Made by a program: the position numbers and the translations under genes
In this document: positions 27,901-39,448 of the stretch, in pieces
How the letters are laid out: every line of letters starts with the position of its first letter
How positions within the stretch are numbered: the first letter of the stretch is position 1
Assembly (NCBI GenBank): GCA_030141605.1
Contig: JAQGDQ010000542.1
Span: forward strand, 82,720 to 146,719
DNA: 64,000 bases
DNA from: Tubiluchus corallicola
Taxonomy: Eukaryota; Animalia; Priapulida
Direction: 5' to 3'
Notes under the pieces: model-generated
Databases searched by the model: none
Told to the model about the DNA's origin: nothing
Seen by the model: only the letters and a program-made list of their open reading frames with translations

Positions 27901-30900
27901 TTATGAACGCCTTAGTCCCAGGCTAAGTATGGACTAGCTATTATAATAGTCATTTTTTTATTACAGGCACTTAAAACATTTATACTTTATTAAAAACACC
28001 ACAATTTGATTTAAATTTTTAATTTACATTGTTAATTTACATAGCTTTTAACTATCTAAATTAAAAGTTGTAATAAAGTTGTGGCATTTTAACTATAAAT
28101 GTTATTATAGTGTTCTCGAAATTACGCATTCTTCCAAAATTGAGAAAGACAGATCTCTTTAGCGTTTCTGGAAGAACTGGAAGAAATTTTCCAACGATTT
28201 TTATATCTAAAAAGATATTTTCCAAAGAGTTTTACATCTAATACTATCAGGCGCTTCAACTTATTATGGAAATGGATTACTGGAAACAAAACGTAGTAAT
28301 AAAATGTTTTAAGAAATTTAAACACGCTTACAGTATAATATAATTATCAGTTATGCTGATGGACTGAAATTGATTTTGAAATCTATTTTGTATTTAAAAT
28401 GATGAAGATCATTCTTACTCTTATTTTGAAATGATGTTGAGTTGATATTATTGATGGAATTTAGATTTATTGAAATATATTGATGATAATGAAAATAATG
28501 ATTTCATCAGTCATATGCCACATTGCTCAGTAAGACAGACATACATGCATTTAATAATATCTTCAATCCTTAGTATCGACATTTTATTGTCAATTGTAGT
28601 GTGTTTGTTTGTTCCTTTACAAAATTGTTGTACAAACAATAAACTCAGTGATTACAGAAGTCATTATAAGCACGTGAGGGCCAGACCTCCGCTACATCAC
28701 TGGCATTCTCTTCTGGACACTGTCAGGGGCGTAGCCAGGTTCTAAAGTTAGGGGGAGCATGCACATAAAAAGGCATCGTGAAACGTACCAACATTTTTAG
28801 CGTGGTGGTTATACATTTTAATTTTGTGTTTAAGATCAAAATACGAGGGTTATACAGTTTTAAAGGAAGTACATAATTCTTATTTTGTATTTAATACTAA
28901 AACTTCTTAGCGCTTTTCCACTGCACTCCTTACCAAAAAAATTTACGGTAGCATAATTGTTTTTCTGAACAATCTTAACGATTGACATGATATAACTTCT
29001 TCATAATAAAATATAAAGACACTGAAACTTGCCTTTGCAATATCTAATTGGCAGTAGGCCTACTACCAGACAATCTTGTGACAAAAACATTTTATAATAA
29101 TTAGATTTGGGGCAATTTGATCTTTAGTTTGATCAGTCAACCTTGACAAACAAGTTGCATAAGTGCACTCCTCATTTCAAAAACACGTGAAGCAGATTGG
29201 TCAATAAAGTAATGACTCCGGAAAATTCTTCCAGTGCCATGTGATTAAAAAAAAAAAAAAATTCAACTTCCATCGCACAGGTGAACTAATGAGTTAAAAA
29301 TTGTTAGAAAGGTGCCAATTTTGAAAAATCTGCTTGGCAAAATCGGGAAAGTGTCGCCCCCCTTAACCCCCCCCTTCCTTCTCTATCTCCTACATCACTG
29401 CACTCTATACCATTAAACTTCAAAATTCTACTCATACAATAAATGTTGGGTGGCTTGTTTGGAGTAAATAAATCTGAAATTATACGTAGAAAAGTGAAAA
29501 TATGTTTATGCTTCGTTTATTCATCATTACGTATGTATCTTGACTTTTGTTTTGCAGAGGGAAGACCATCTGGTGACGTCATGGCAACGGTGCGTGACTC
29601 TGTACGAAATTTGAGTGTGGATCTCGCCGTTTCGTCTGATGGCAGTGATGTGGACGCTTGTGATTACCTTCCTCTTCCTGTTCTGCTGGAAAGATGCATC
29701 ACCGTTCCACTGCAAACTCAGTGAGTATTGTTAGTTATGCATCACCGTTCCACTGCAAACTCAGTGTGCATTGTTAGTTATGCATCACCGTTCCACAGCA
29801 AACTCAGTGAGTATTGTTAGTTATGCATCACCGTTCCACTGCAAACTCAGTGAGTATTGTTAGCTATGCATCACCGTTCCACTGCAAACTCAGTGAGTAT
29901 TGTTAGCTATGCATCACCGTTCCACTGCAAACTCAGTGAGTATTGTTAGTTATGCATCACCGTTCCACTGCAAACTCGGTGAGTATTGTTAGCTATGCAT
30001 CACCGTTCCACTGCAAACTCAGTGAGTATTGTTAGTTATGCATCACTGTTCCACTGCAAACTCGGTGAGTATTGTTAGTTGTATTTTATGCCTCATTCAC
30101 ACTAGCAAGCTTTCTCGCCAGGGCATTTGCAAGTGTTTCAGATGAAAGAACAAAATTTGTTGCGAGTTTCTCTTCGACAGTAAGGGCAGTCTGACATTCA
30201 TTTCTTTATTCACTGCGATACGTGTCGTGAGTAACTCCTTCAGACATTCAGATTAAAGAGGAAGTCAACTTACAGCACTCACATTTTTGAAGAGTTTGCA
30301 ATTTCTTGTCGGCAGTAACTTGCAGTCATTCACACTTGCGAATTTCCTGTCAGAGAGAAAATTGGTAATCAGAGCGCACTGTTTAACCAATTTTGAGATT
30401 GCATTCTTGAGTTTTCAGTTTTCCTCGGAGAATTTTTTCATCTTTTGAAAAAAATCACACCCACTGTTTGTGGTGCCTTAGCATTTTATCCGAGGTTTGT
30501 AGAACTTTATAGTTTACATAAGAATTGTAGTGTTTTGAAGCGGCTATCAAAATATTGTGTAAATAAGACGTATAAAAATTTCTTATGTCACAGGTTGAAT
30601 TAAATATGTAGTAATTGCAAAGAGCTAGAAAACACTAATTACTGCGATAAAAATTCATATTTACAAAGTGGAAATCTTCAACGGTCACCCTTTGCTCATA
30701 TGAAAGCTTAAAACACACATTTTTTATATCTGTAACTGGAAAACAAAATTGGATGACAGAACCTGAGGAATGTAAAACTATATGGTATTCTGAACTTGAA
30801 ACTTTGCAAGATCATTTTGTTCCATCTCGCATTTTTGCAAGACCGGTCTCGTAAGACAAATATTAGTTCGTATAACTTTCTTTTGTTTTTTCTTCTTCCT

Positions 30901-33900
30901 TACTGCTTCTCACATGAAAAATTGTAGCACGTAGAAAATAGTTTTAAGTCTGTAATAATGTTTATTGATGTTAAGTTACACCTGCACTACTAAATACAGT
31001 TAATAATACAATTAGTTAATAAATAAATAAATAAATACACAGTAAATAAACTGATTTACTGATTTATTTTTTTATTAAATCACTAAAACACCAAACTTCG
31101 TAAAACTGATTTACTGACTTACTTATTACTAAACCCACTAAAATATTGACCTTCGCACTCGAGCCTTCAACGGTGGAAAGTTGGCAGTGTATCACTTTAG
31201 TAAGAAATAGGAGAAACCTTAGACATTCACTTACTACCAGTTTCATTTCCCCTCTAGTTTTCATATTCAAATCAGGATTAGCCTGATGTCTTTGTTCCTG
31301 AATACACATGCATAAACTTTAATGCCCTTGGGTTTTATAATTTTTGACAGTTATTGGCAAATAATCTTTGAAAGTGTTATCCGTTCTCATATAAACAATG
31401 ATTAGGTAACTTCCTGTCTTAGCTCAGAAGCGTCCCAATTTAGGTTTTAGATTAACTTATTTGTCCATTTAACACAATATTACAATATACGAACTATTAC
31501 AATTACAGAATTGACATGCACTGCAATTTAATGAGCGTAGCAAATTGTATAAGTTTCGGTTCTGTTCACACAATGGCTAATCCTGCACATCTACATTGTA
31601 ATCACATTTGATGTTTTCAGCGTAAGTCTAGTAAATGCTGCTGTACTGCGATACTTCATGGTTGAACTGGATTTGGCAGAAAACTTTGCGGCATTGCGAA
31701 GATTTCTGCTATTGGAAGATGGTGAATTTGGGCAGATGCTGAGTGATTTGCTGTTTGATAAGGTGAAAATTTGTGCTTTTTTGTTATTTTAACATATGAT
31801 GCAAATCTTATCCTTGATAAATTATTGCTAATATTTTTCATCTATTATTTTTTTATTTCACCTTCTACTATATTTTATTTTTATTATTGCGAAAACTATT
31901 GCAGAATTATAACCTAATAAAAAATTGTGTGAAAAAGTTAAAAGTGTGATATTAGATTTATTTCGTTTTAGATAGTACTTGAAGTTGTCTCATTGCAGTC
32001 TTGAAAGTGCTTCTGCATTGTTGTGAAACAATCGTCTTTTTTATTGTTAAGCAAGAGAATTCAATATTCAAAAAACAATGCACTGTTATGGATACCTGGT
32101 GATGTGGCTCAGTATTAGTATGCTTGCTTCTTACCCGGGTTGTTGTGGATTCAACTCCCGGCCAAGTCATATCTAAGACGTAAAAACTCGATCTTTGACC
32201 AGGCATGCAGGTTTATCGAAGCAATGTGCGGGGTAATAAAAATCAGAACCACCTTGAAAATAAGTATTGAGGTACTTAAGGTGTTATTCCTGAGTTATGT
32301 CCTAAATGATATTATTATTATTATTATTTTATACATTAGTGTTACTTAAGTCATGGTACTTATGCTGTTGATATCAAATTTTTGTCGTTAAACTTTAAAT
32401 TACTCATGATCTCAAAATGGATCTGCAAAAGTGTGTTATTACAAGGCACAAAAAATTAATTAGTTGTTTGATTGAGATGCCATGACACTCATCTGCTTAA
32501 GTTAACATGTTCATTAAGCTCACAGATGATCGTTTCAACTTAGCAGTCATTTTCAATGCTAAAAATAAGGCAAAAAAGGAATATTAAGTACATTTGATAC
32601 TGCAATATTAACGCACACAATACAAAACCAAACACTAGAAATTAAATTGTCAGAATAATCGTCGTTGTAACTGGAAAGAAATTCAAAAGAAATGTAAAAG
32701 TTACCTTATGTATGAGATTCAGAAAATATTGCAACACAGTAAACCATTAGTGCAAGTCTACGTAATGAAGATCCACGGTTACAAGCATTAGAATGATAAA
32801 ACAAAAACTTCTACACAGACCACTACAGGACCTGATGGAAGAGTCAAATTGGTCTAGAACACAGAGATAGTTAGATCTGCAGCATGAATGGTGCTACTGA
32901 TTATAGTGGGATGTTAGGAACTGAGCGGCGCTTCATAATATACAAGGCCTCTTCTATCTTGAAATCCTGAATAGTTCTTGTACCATGTAAGATGTTAAAT
33001 GCAGAGTCGAGTCAGTGCCGGATTAAGGCATGGGCTTTATGGGCTGCAACCCAGGGCCGCAGAGTTGAGTCAGTGCCGGATTAAGGCATGGGCTTTATGG
33101 GCTGCAACCCAGGGTCTCTGCCAGCTGAGAGGCCTCCAGAGGTTAAGTGCAATTAACTTACTGTGAAAAGTTACTAACTACAAAATGAGAGTAGAAGTAT
33201 GCTGAATTATCTCTTTAAAATGGTTCCATTATTTAATATGCTGTATAATGATACACTGGAATTATTTTCTTATCCATTATTTCAACTCACAAGGCACTGG
33301 TAATCCTAATTACATTGACACAATGTTGTAGTAATTGAGGCCACATCTCCTGTGACAGAACTAAGAAATCTTTTTGTTGTGAGAGACTTCCACCCATCTA
33401 TGTGGTCCTATGTTGTCATTAGGTTGTAGAAGTTGAATAAACTGATTTGATGAATCCAACATTCATGCTTTTGTAAATTGTCACTGGTGCTCTACAAAAT
33501 CAAAATCCGCGCTGAGTCGAAGCTATAAGAATAACATCTCATTATAGATTGCCGTGTGTTCCAATCCAGCAGAATTCTTCACGCCTCTTGTTCTGCAACC
33601 ACTTCTTAACGAAGCACTACGATCTTCACTTTACGGCGAGTCTCCTCATGCGGACAAGGTGAGCTTTATGTTGAAGCGTGTGCCTGCGAAGCTCTTTCCT
33701 ACAGGTGAGTAACAGGTGCTGAATACATTTTTAGGGGAAGCTCTTAAATGAATTAACTGATTATTTCTGTGTGTGTGCGTCAAGCAGTGTAATATACATT
33801 TTATGCAAATAGTGCAATTCTGCTTTTACGCAATAGTTGTTAATTTTATTACACTGAATATTTAGGCAAAATCAGCTGATGACTCTATTAAGACAGGTTC

Positions 33901-36900
33901 TTAAGCTTTGTATTGATCACGTTTGTATCAAGTGTTTTGTTGCATTTTGAGTAAATTTATCAAGATTTTGTGCTATTTTGTTCAGTAAATGAAACGTTTT
34001 TCATGGGGTGCTAGCAGACTTTTCTCAGGTAATCAAATTATCTGAACATTTCAACAAAAACAAAAAACCAACACCTTCAATTAGCTAAACATGTTATTAG
34101 CTAATTAGCCAATTAAATGATGAACATCGATTTAGTGTGTGCTGATGTTGTATGTATAAAAAAGTCCTACAATTTCATCTAACAGCAAGCTAGAGCTTAG
34201 CTGAAACAGTAGGTTGCCATGGTGTTCGTAACATGCAGCCTGTTATGTGCATTGTTCTGCTGTACATTCCAACAATGCAGTACGGACTGCTCATTGGAAA
34301 AAATTGTGTTGCTATGGCGACCGAGTGATCTTTTGTCTGCCATCTAGTGGTAACTTAAAAAAGCATTGCAAGTGTGTAATTGCGCTATTTGCAGTTGTAT
34401 ATATATATATCTTTATATTATTTCAGCAATAGATACGTTTGACTGCCTGGAGCTTCACTACAAGGTTGACTGGCCGTTAAACATCGTCATAACAGAAAGC
34501 AACATGTCTGCTTACAACTCAATACTCGCCTTCATGTTGCGCTTGAAGCGGACAATTTGGGTTCTGAATGACGTCTGGCATAATTTGAAAGCTTGTTCGG
34601 CAGTAACTGATATCGGAGAGTCGTCACAGTTTCGGAAGCTGCAGTTGTACAGGTAGATTTTTTGTACTATTGTGGAATTGTTCATTTATGGTGACCTAAA
34701 TACTTAAAATTGCAAATTTTGTTTGTAGAGAGCCCAAAAAAGCTTCAGGGAGAAAAAAGGAGAGACAAAAAGAGGAAGAGAGTGAGAGAAAGGTGGAAAG
34801 GAGAGACAGTGAGACTAGATCAGTTTGTAACAAGTTTTTTCATTGGTGGTTTGACAGGCACGAGATGCAGCATTTCGTACGAGCAATACAAGGTTACATC
34901 GCTAATCAAGTGGTTTACGTCTCCTGGCAAGAGTTTCAAACAGAGCTAGAGCAGCAGGTGTGTAACCTTGACGACCTGCGCAGGTGTCACACACAGTATC
35001 TTCGTAAAGCTGTTCTCAGGTAAATGAAAGGTGACAGTTTTGAACCCCCACATGAGTGCCACGCCTAAGATAAGGTTGTCATAAAAATAGCATGTCCTTG
35101 TTGATGACCTAAGTATGTTGATTACTCATGTGTGGGTAAACAGTTTAGCCTAATTTTTACGTTTTTGCTCCTATATCAAGTCTTTAAATGATCACAGCTT
35201 TTTTAACCATACCACTATCTTAGCCCTACCGCAGGTGTCTACCCTGCTTCAGGGCCGGATTGTTCTATAGGCTAATATAGGCTGCAGTCTAGGGTCCTTC
35301 CAACTTAGGAAGCCCTGCTAAAACATTTTCAAATATAAATTTGGGTTTAGTGGTTATAAAAAATCTATTTCTTCGCTAAACTTTTGCTGAAATATGTGCT
35401 AATTTGGTATGCAATAGACAGTTGAATAGTGGTATTTCTTAAAGAATATTTTTATTGACAAACAAAAGATAGATCTTATAGTTACTAAAATATGAAATAT
35501 GTAAATGCTACTAAAATATTTCATGGGTAAAAGTACTCAAATGGGATGCAGGGGAGTTGTGGGGTGGCTCCATCTGAGGGTCCCTATAATTTCATTTGCC
35601 TAGGGAGCTCAGAAGGTCACAATCCTACCCTGCCCTTCTTACTTACATGACTCTATGTGTCATAGTTTTTGACTTAACACAATGTTATGCATCCAACTGA
35701 CCAATGTCCTATACTCTTGAGCCTTTGACTGTGAGGTCACCATTCACTGTACCATTGTCAATGTCCCTAGCCCAGTTGTTTTGGGCTGGTTTCGTGTGTC
35801 TAGCCCTGTGTGTTTGTAATCTAATATGAATTTTTCATGTCTTCACAACAACAACAACAAGGATGCGTTACAACCTCTGATTACTGGATCCAATATGCAG
35901 AAAACTCACCATTGTGACCAGTGAGATTTTTCCTGCAGTTTAGCCCTGTGCAAGCAATGATCCAGCTTTCCATGGCAAGGTCTACTCAATGTAGATGATT
36001 GTGGCATGACTGGGATCTAGATCGTTATCAAGAATAATCTTCTAACATGAGACTATGGACTAGCCGGGGGGAGGGGCGGCTCAATCATGTTCGGCTGTGT
36101 ACGCCTTCCTCCAACATGGGCAATGTGGCAGCTGAAACTGCAAAGAAGCTGAAGATCACCTGTTCTCTCGGTTGCAGGGCTTACCAATTTAATTATCAAG
36201 CTCATTATCAAAGATAGTTCTTGTCAAAAACACTTAATTTTATTACGATGAATGATTGATTTTTATTCTTCGAAAACATTTTATCTGATTTTAGCGATTT
36301 AATTGAATGTTTTTAACTGTATGTAAACAGTTCGAATTTTGTAAAAATAGGCGGGAGAGCAAAACAGGGCGACCGAATGACCTAAATTCAATTACTTTTG
36401 CATTTTCGATGCAAACAAACACTGAATTGAGTTTAATTTGCAACAATTTTCAAAATGTATGTATTTCACTTTTTTATCAAAAAAAAGAACAAGTAATTGA
36501 AATATGCGCCTAGTTATTAATAAATATTAGATTTTTACGATGACGATGAAGCAAGATTAATTAGTACATGTTTAGTAATAAAGGCTTACTGGTCTATTAT
36601 AAAAGACCTACGTTATGTATATATATAGGCAATAATCCTAATTCAGCTAATTGCATGACCAATTGAGCAACATGCCAGCTATACTATAGACTTGAATGAC
36701 AGTTACATAGGTAATTGATTACGATGCAAATTTACATTGACATTCAAGAACCAGTTTGCACGAGCAAATCCATGCAAACAGGGTAAAAAATACTTTAACT
36801 TGACACATGCCATACTGACGTAGTATTGGTAGTTCTCGACAGTCCCGTTAAGATGAGGCACTGAACTGAATGGGGTGTCTCAGTCATGTTCGTATATGTG

Positions 36901-37973
36901 TGCATCTTCTCTCGGCAAAGCACATATTCTTGGGCAGTACAACGCTAGAAATTACGAAGAACCCACATGTTGCCAACCCATTCTTTGATCAGGCACAACC
37001 ATACTTAACTTTACTTACTAGATGTAGACCTGCGGCGATTCATCTCGCTCATGAACAGAGTAAGCACTTCATTCCATTATGGCTTGTATTTTCAGATGTT
37101 TACTGAATAAGAAGGCCAGTCCAGTAGTGAAGATAATCAATGACATCTTTCACGTCATCCTCGAGTTTCACGAACAAGTACTCTCATACTCCTGGCGGTG
37201 GAACGAGGAGGCGGAGGAACTCCAGCACCCCCTATTTCCACGAATTGTGACCAGTTACGAAAACTTTCAGCGGTACTCAACTTTCCTGTTTAGACGTAAG
37301 TAATTTTTTCTTGATTGGTTAGAAGTTGCGCTGACAAGCCACTGATATGGAAATTTCTAGTTTTTTGCTGAATTACTGCTGTGTTTACTTGTCTTGAGGG
37401 CAGAATGCAAAATGCTGCAGCCTGCATTGTAAGCAATTTTATTTGACCATTACTGCTTTCTGATAAAATACAGGATAGATTTTAAAATACTCCTGCTTGC
37501 TTATAAATGTGTGTGCCAGTTGGCTCCCTGTTATCTTCAAGAGTTAATTTCATGGAATATTCCACAGTGTAATTTGCCTTCAGCAAATTCAATGAACTTG
37601 GTCAACCTAGAACAGAACTAGTCAATTGTGGAGGACGGTAATTCTCGTCTGTCGCTCCTCTGTTAGGAAAGCAAACGCTGTATGGTAGTCAGAGTCATTT
37701 TCAATTTTTATAACATGCCTCAAAACCTTTTTATTTCAAAAAAAAACTTTTAAGTTTTTGTAATTACTTAATCAAATTAATTTAAATCAATGTAGGTTGT
37801 GATTGCATATTAAATTTTATATGTAGAATTGTAATGTATGTATTATTTATCTTTGCTTTTAGTTTTATCGTAGTGTACAACTTTTAAACCCATTCCTGGT
37901 ATGTTTTTACTCACACTGTGTAGCTATTATCATTGTGAAGCCCTACAGAATTTTATGGATTTGAGGCTAAAAA

Positions 37974-38063
<90 letters not shown>

Positions 38064-39448
38064 GTTATTATTCTTATTAGTATTAGTATTATCATCATCA
38101 ACATCATCATTACAGTAGACGCCGCTTAATAGATTCACTTTGGAACCGAAATGTTTTGACCCAATTAACCGATTGAACCTATTAACCGATGGTTGTAGTA
38201 TTACTGGTGTAGCAGTATGAGTCATCAACTTACTGCGCCCTGCAAAGGTTTTTAATGAATTTTAGTAATGCCTAAATTCTTTTGTGCAGTTAAAAATCTA
38301 AAAAAAGTATTTTAAATTATTAATTTAGGTAAGTGAGTTAGAATAAATTAAAAAGTATACTTTTCTAAATCACACAAGTCTTTTTTTGCAAAATTTACAA
38401 AAATTCCTTCAAAGTCGGCTGTTCCATTTTCTCCTGAAGAAGTTGACTCACAAAGTTCTCGTAATTATAAAAACGTTGAAAATCTGTTGCAATGTATTTT
38501 CCTAAAACATTTGCTGGCGGCGCACTGCGAGTTGGTGGTACTGTCAATAAAATGCACATGAATGAAAACAGTTGCAGTAAAACACCATGAATACTATGTA
38601 GAATAAACAAGTTCACTAGTGTTTTGCAGGTTTAATAGTTTGCTTATTGTATTATGCTCAATAAGTGTGTTCATTAGTTCACCTGTTTAGTGGTGTTGAC
38701 AGGTAACAATGGGCTTCACTCGTCTCGCCTGTTTGTGGTGTTGACAGGTAACAATGGGCTTCACTCGTCTCGCCTGTTTGTGGTGTTGACAGGTAACAAT
38801 GGACTTCACTGGTCTCACCTGTTTAGTGGTGTTGACAGGTAACAATGGGCTTCACTGGTCTCACCTGTTTGTGGTGTTGACAGGTAACAATGGGCTTCAC
38901 TGGTCTCACCTGTTTAGTGGTGTTGACAGGTAACAATGGGCTTCACTGGTCTCGCCTGTTTAGTGGTGTTGACAGGTAACAATGGGCTTCACTGGTCTCG
39001 CCTGTTTAGTGGTGTTGACAGGTAACAATGGGCTTCACTGGTCTCACCTGTTTGTGGTGTTGACAGGTAACAATGGGCTTCACTGGTCTCACCTGTTTGT
39101 GGTGTTGACAGGTGACAATGGGCTTCACTTGTCTCACCTGTTTGTGGTCACACGCTGTTGCGTTTCTGTATGTTGTAATGTTGAAACACTGTAACAAAAT
39201 TTACCAAACACACTTAATTTTAGAGTAGGTGTGATGCCAAGCAAAATTAATTCAGAATTTGATGGATACATCTCCACTTGCTGATCAACTATTATCGTTG
39301 TAAGCATGTTGCATCATGTAACCCATCACTTTGTTTTTTAATTGCAGTGCTGCACAAACTGGCTAGTCGTGGATACGAGACACACTTGAAAATACTTCTC
39401 AATATTCTCAACCTCAACGACTATTATTCTGCACAAACGGAGAGCTGA
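6977..39448 (+). CDS. TUBGCP6: Gamma-tubulin complex component 6 (GCP6), complete, 24 coding exons, about 1875 aa
   Basis: Exons, all GT-AG with consistent phases, 5628 nt total: 6977-7154, 8071-8211, 9578-9717, 9958-10058, 11034-11319, 12881-13053, 14461-14668, 15259-15368, 15756-15941, 16890-17158, 18548-18684, 19961-20088, 21082-21185, 22404-22492, 23234-23349, 24997-27002, 27822-27926, 29558-29720, 31621-31762, 33548-33704, 34427-34652, 34858-35019, 37096-37295, 39348-39448. GCP6-like motifs: IWERALDY...WETIG..YMTEAG; GLVYQSFLSGLRNYLRQYQACIL; FPTGISLLSYLYNEA; CKPYLCFIRDWVFHG..DDYGEF; coiled coil; large low-complexity insert; LRRFLLLEDGEFG; LELHYKVDWPLNIVI; RHEMQHFV; C-terminus LASRGY..LNLNDYY. 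Confidence 0.95.
7690..7980 (+). mobile_element. Dispersed repeat (copy 1; copy 2 at about 63378-63690), class unassigned
   Basis: AACTTAAAA(A)TCCTACTCTCATTACGA...TTTAATTTATA(A/G)G(T/A)CTCTTTTGTTTAA shared in the same orientation. Confidence 0.55.
9050..9352. repeat. Compound pentamer microsatellite (ATATT)n-(ACATT)n-(ACCTT)n-(ACATT)
   Basis: Seen directly; the unit changes by one substitution per block. Confidence 0.95.
9361..9555. repeat. 25-bp minisatellite, about 8 copies
   Basis: Unit GCTTAGTGCTCATGTCCAGTAGAAT; ends 22 bp before exon 3 (starts 9578). Confidence 0.93.
14695..15108. mobile_element. Palindromic (foldback) MITE-like element
   Basis: AAAAGGTAGTTAATTAATAACAAGGTCTATTA (about 14780) pairs with TAATAGACCTTGTTGTGATTAATTAACTGCCTTTT (about 15015); outer arms GAGTGAATTTATCGTTTC / GAAACTATAAATTCGCTT also pair. 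Confidence 0.6.
15112..15185. repeat. 27-bp tandem repeat, about 2.7 copies
   Basis: Unit GATCTATGGTTTACTCGCATGTGGTCA. Confidence 0.9.
17681..17990. repeat. 52-bp minisatellite, about 6 copies
   Basis: Unit TAGCAACTGCTTCCTTGGTTACTGCGTTGTTTCTGTGATGTTAGATTTGTGT. Confidence 0.93.
19130..19532 (+). mobile_element. 5'-truncated non-LTR retrotransposon (RTE-like ORF C-terminus) with (GAT)n tail
   Basis: IDAFQRQNYRNILGIRWPKKISNKDLY...RLTWIGHMLRLPDDIPVKIAL...AANRESWRR, a typical post-RT C-terminal region of RTE-clade LINEs, followed by GATGATGATAATGA. Confidence 0.8.
20126..20623. mobile_element. Complete pogo/Tigger-type MITE with TA TSD
   Basis: TA|CAATGTTCCCTCGCT ... AGCGAGGGAACACTG|TA; 498 bp; no ORF. 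Confidence 0.8.
23327..24019 (+). repeat. 34-bp minisatellite (about 20 copies) built from the TUBGCP6 exon-15 3' end and splice donor; 136-bp higher-order repeat
   Basis: Unit GCCGGTCTTGAACCAAAGTCAG|GTAAATTACTCT; the first unit is exonic GCCGATCTTGAACGAAAAGTCAG ending at 23349. Variant ACCAATGTCA recurs at 23441, 23577 and 23713 (4 x 34). Confidence 0.95.
24070..24480 (+). mobile_element. Dispersed repeat (inverted copy at about 61940-62332), probable non-autonomous DNA element
   Basis: TATACTAC...TGAAAATTATGACGTAACTGGG...TTCGTGACTTTTCGTAAGT...GTTTTATTACTAAATCCT is the reverse complement of sequence at 61950-62332. Confidence 0.65.
26992..27342 (+). repeat. 25-bp minisatellite (14 copies) built from the TUBGCP6 exon-16 3' end and splice donor
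   Basis: Unit TGCACCATTAG|GTGAGTTTATTAGT; the first unit spans the exon end at 27002. Confidence 0.95.
28724..29400. mobile_element. hAT-type MITE-like element (related inverted copy at about 53151-53830)
   Basis: Starts CAGGGGCGTAG, ends CTACATCACTG; internal blocks (AAAGGTGCCAATTTTG; ACAGTTTTAAAGGAAGTACATAATT) recur reverse-complemented near 53220 and 53800. No clear TSD. Confidence 0.5.
29694..30080 (+). repeat. 43-bp minisatellite (9 copies) built from the TUBGCP6 exon-18 3' end and splice donor
   Basis: Unit ATGCATCACCGTTCCACTGCAAACTCA|GTGAGTATTGTTAGTT; the first 27 nt of unit 1 are coding (exon ends 29720). Confidence 0.95.
32098..32260 (+). mobile_element. Degenerate tRNA-derived SINE-like sequence
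   Basis: A-box-like TGGCTCAGTATTAG (32105) and B-box-like GGATTCAACTCCC (32147) at tRNA spacing, followed by a non-tRNA body; no intact cloverleaf. Confidence 0.5.
33013..33514. mobile_element. hAT-type MITE with tandemly duplicated left end
   Basis: CAGTGCCGGATT at 33013 and again at 33071 (58-bp duplication); right end AATCCGCGCTG; flanks AGTCGAGT / AGTCGAAG (6/8, decayed 8-bp TSD). Confidence 0.65.
35250..35632. mobile_element. hAT-type MITE with 8-bp TSD
   Basis: CAGGGCCGGATTGT ... ACAATCCTACCCTG; flanks CCCTGCTT / CCCTTCTT (7/8). Confidence 0.72.
37442..38070 (+). mobile_element. Decayed L2-clade LINE 3' end with (TTA)n tail
   Basis: Translates ...KYRIDFKILLLAYKCVCQLAPCYLQELI...FSSVAP...LKTFLF (L2 ORF2 C-terminus), then an AT-rich UTR, a TGTGAAGCCCT-like terminus and about 30 TTA units at 37975-38070. 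Confidence 0.72.
38113..38395 (+). mobile_element. TA|CAGTAG MITE fragment, copy 2
   Basis: Aligns with 4380-4653. Confidence 0.65.
38680..39147. repeat. 45/46-bp minisatellite, about 10 copies, in the last TUBGCP6 intron
   Basis: Unit CACCTGTTT(A)GTGGTGTTGACAGGTAACAATGGGCTTCACTGGTCT. Confidence 0.93.

Noticed and set aside
23327-30080. Regular 25-43 bp repeats resembling CRISPR arrays
   Set aside because: Units are head-to-tail with no unique spacers, there are no cas genes, and the DNA is a spliced eukaryotic locus.
37953-38228. Poly-Asn ORF
   Set aside because: Reverse translation of the (TTA)n tail of an L2 remnant.
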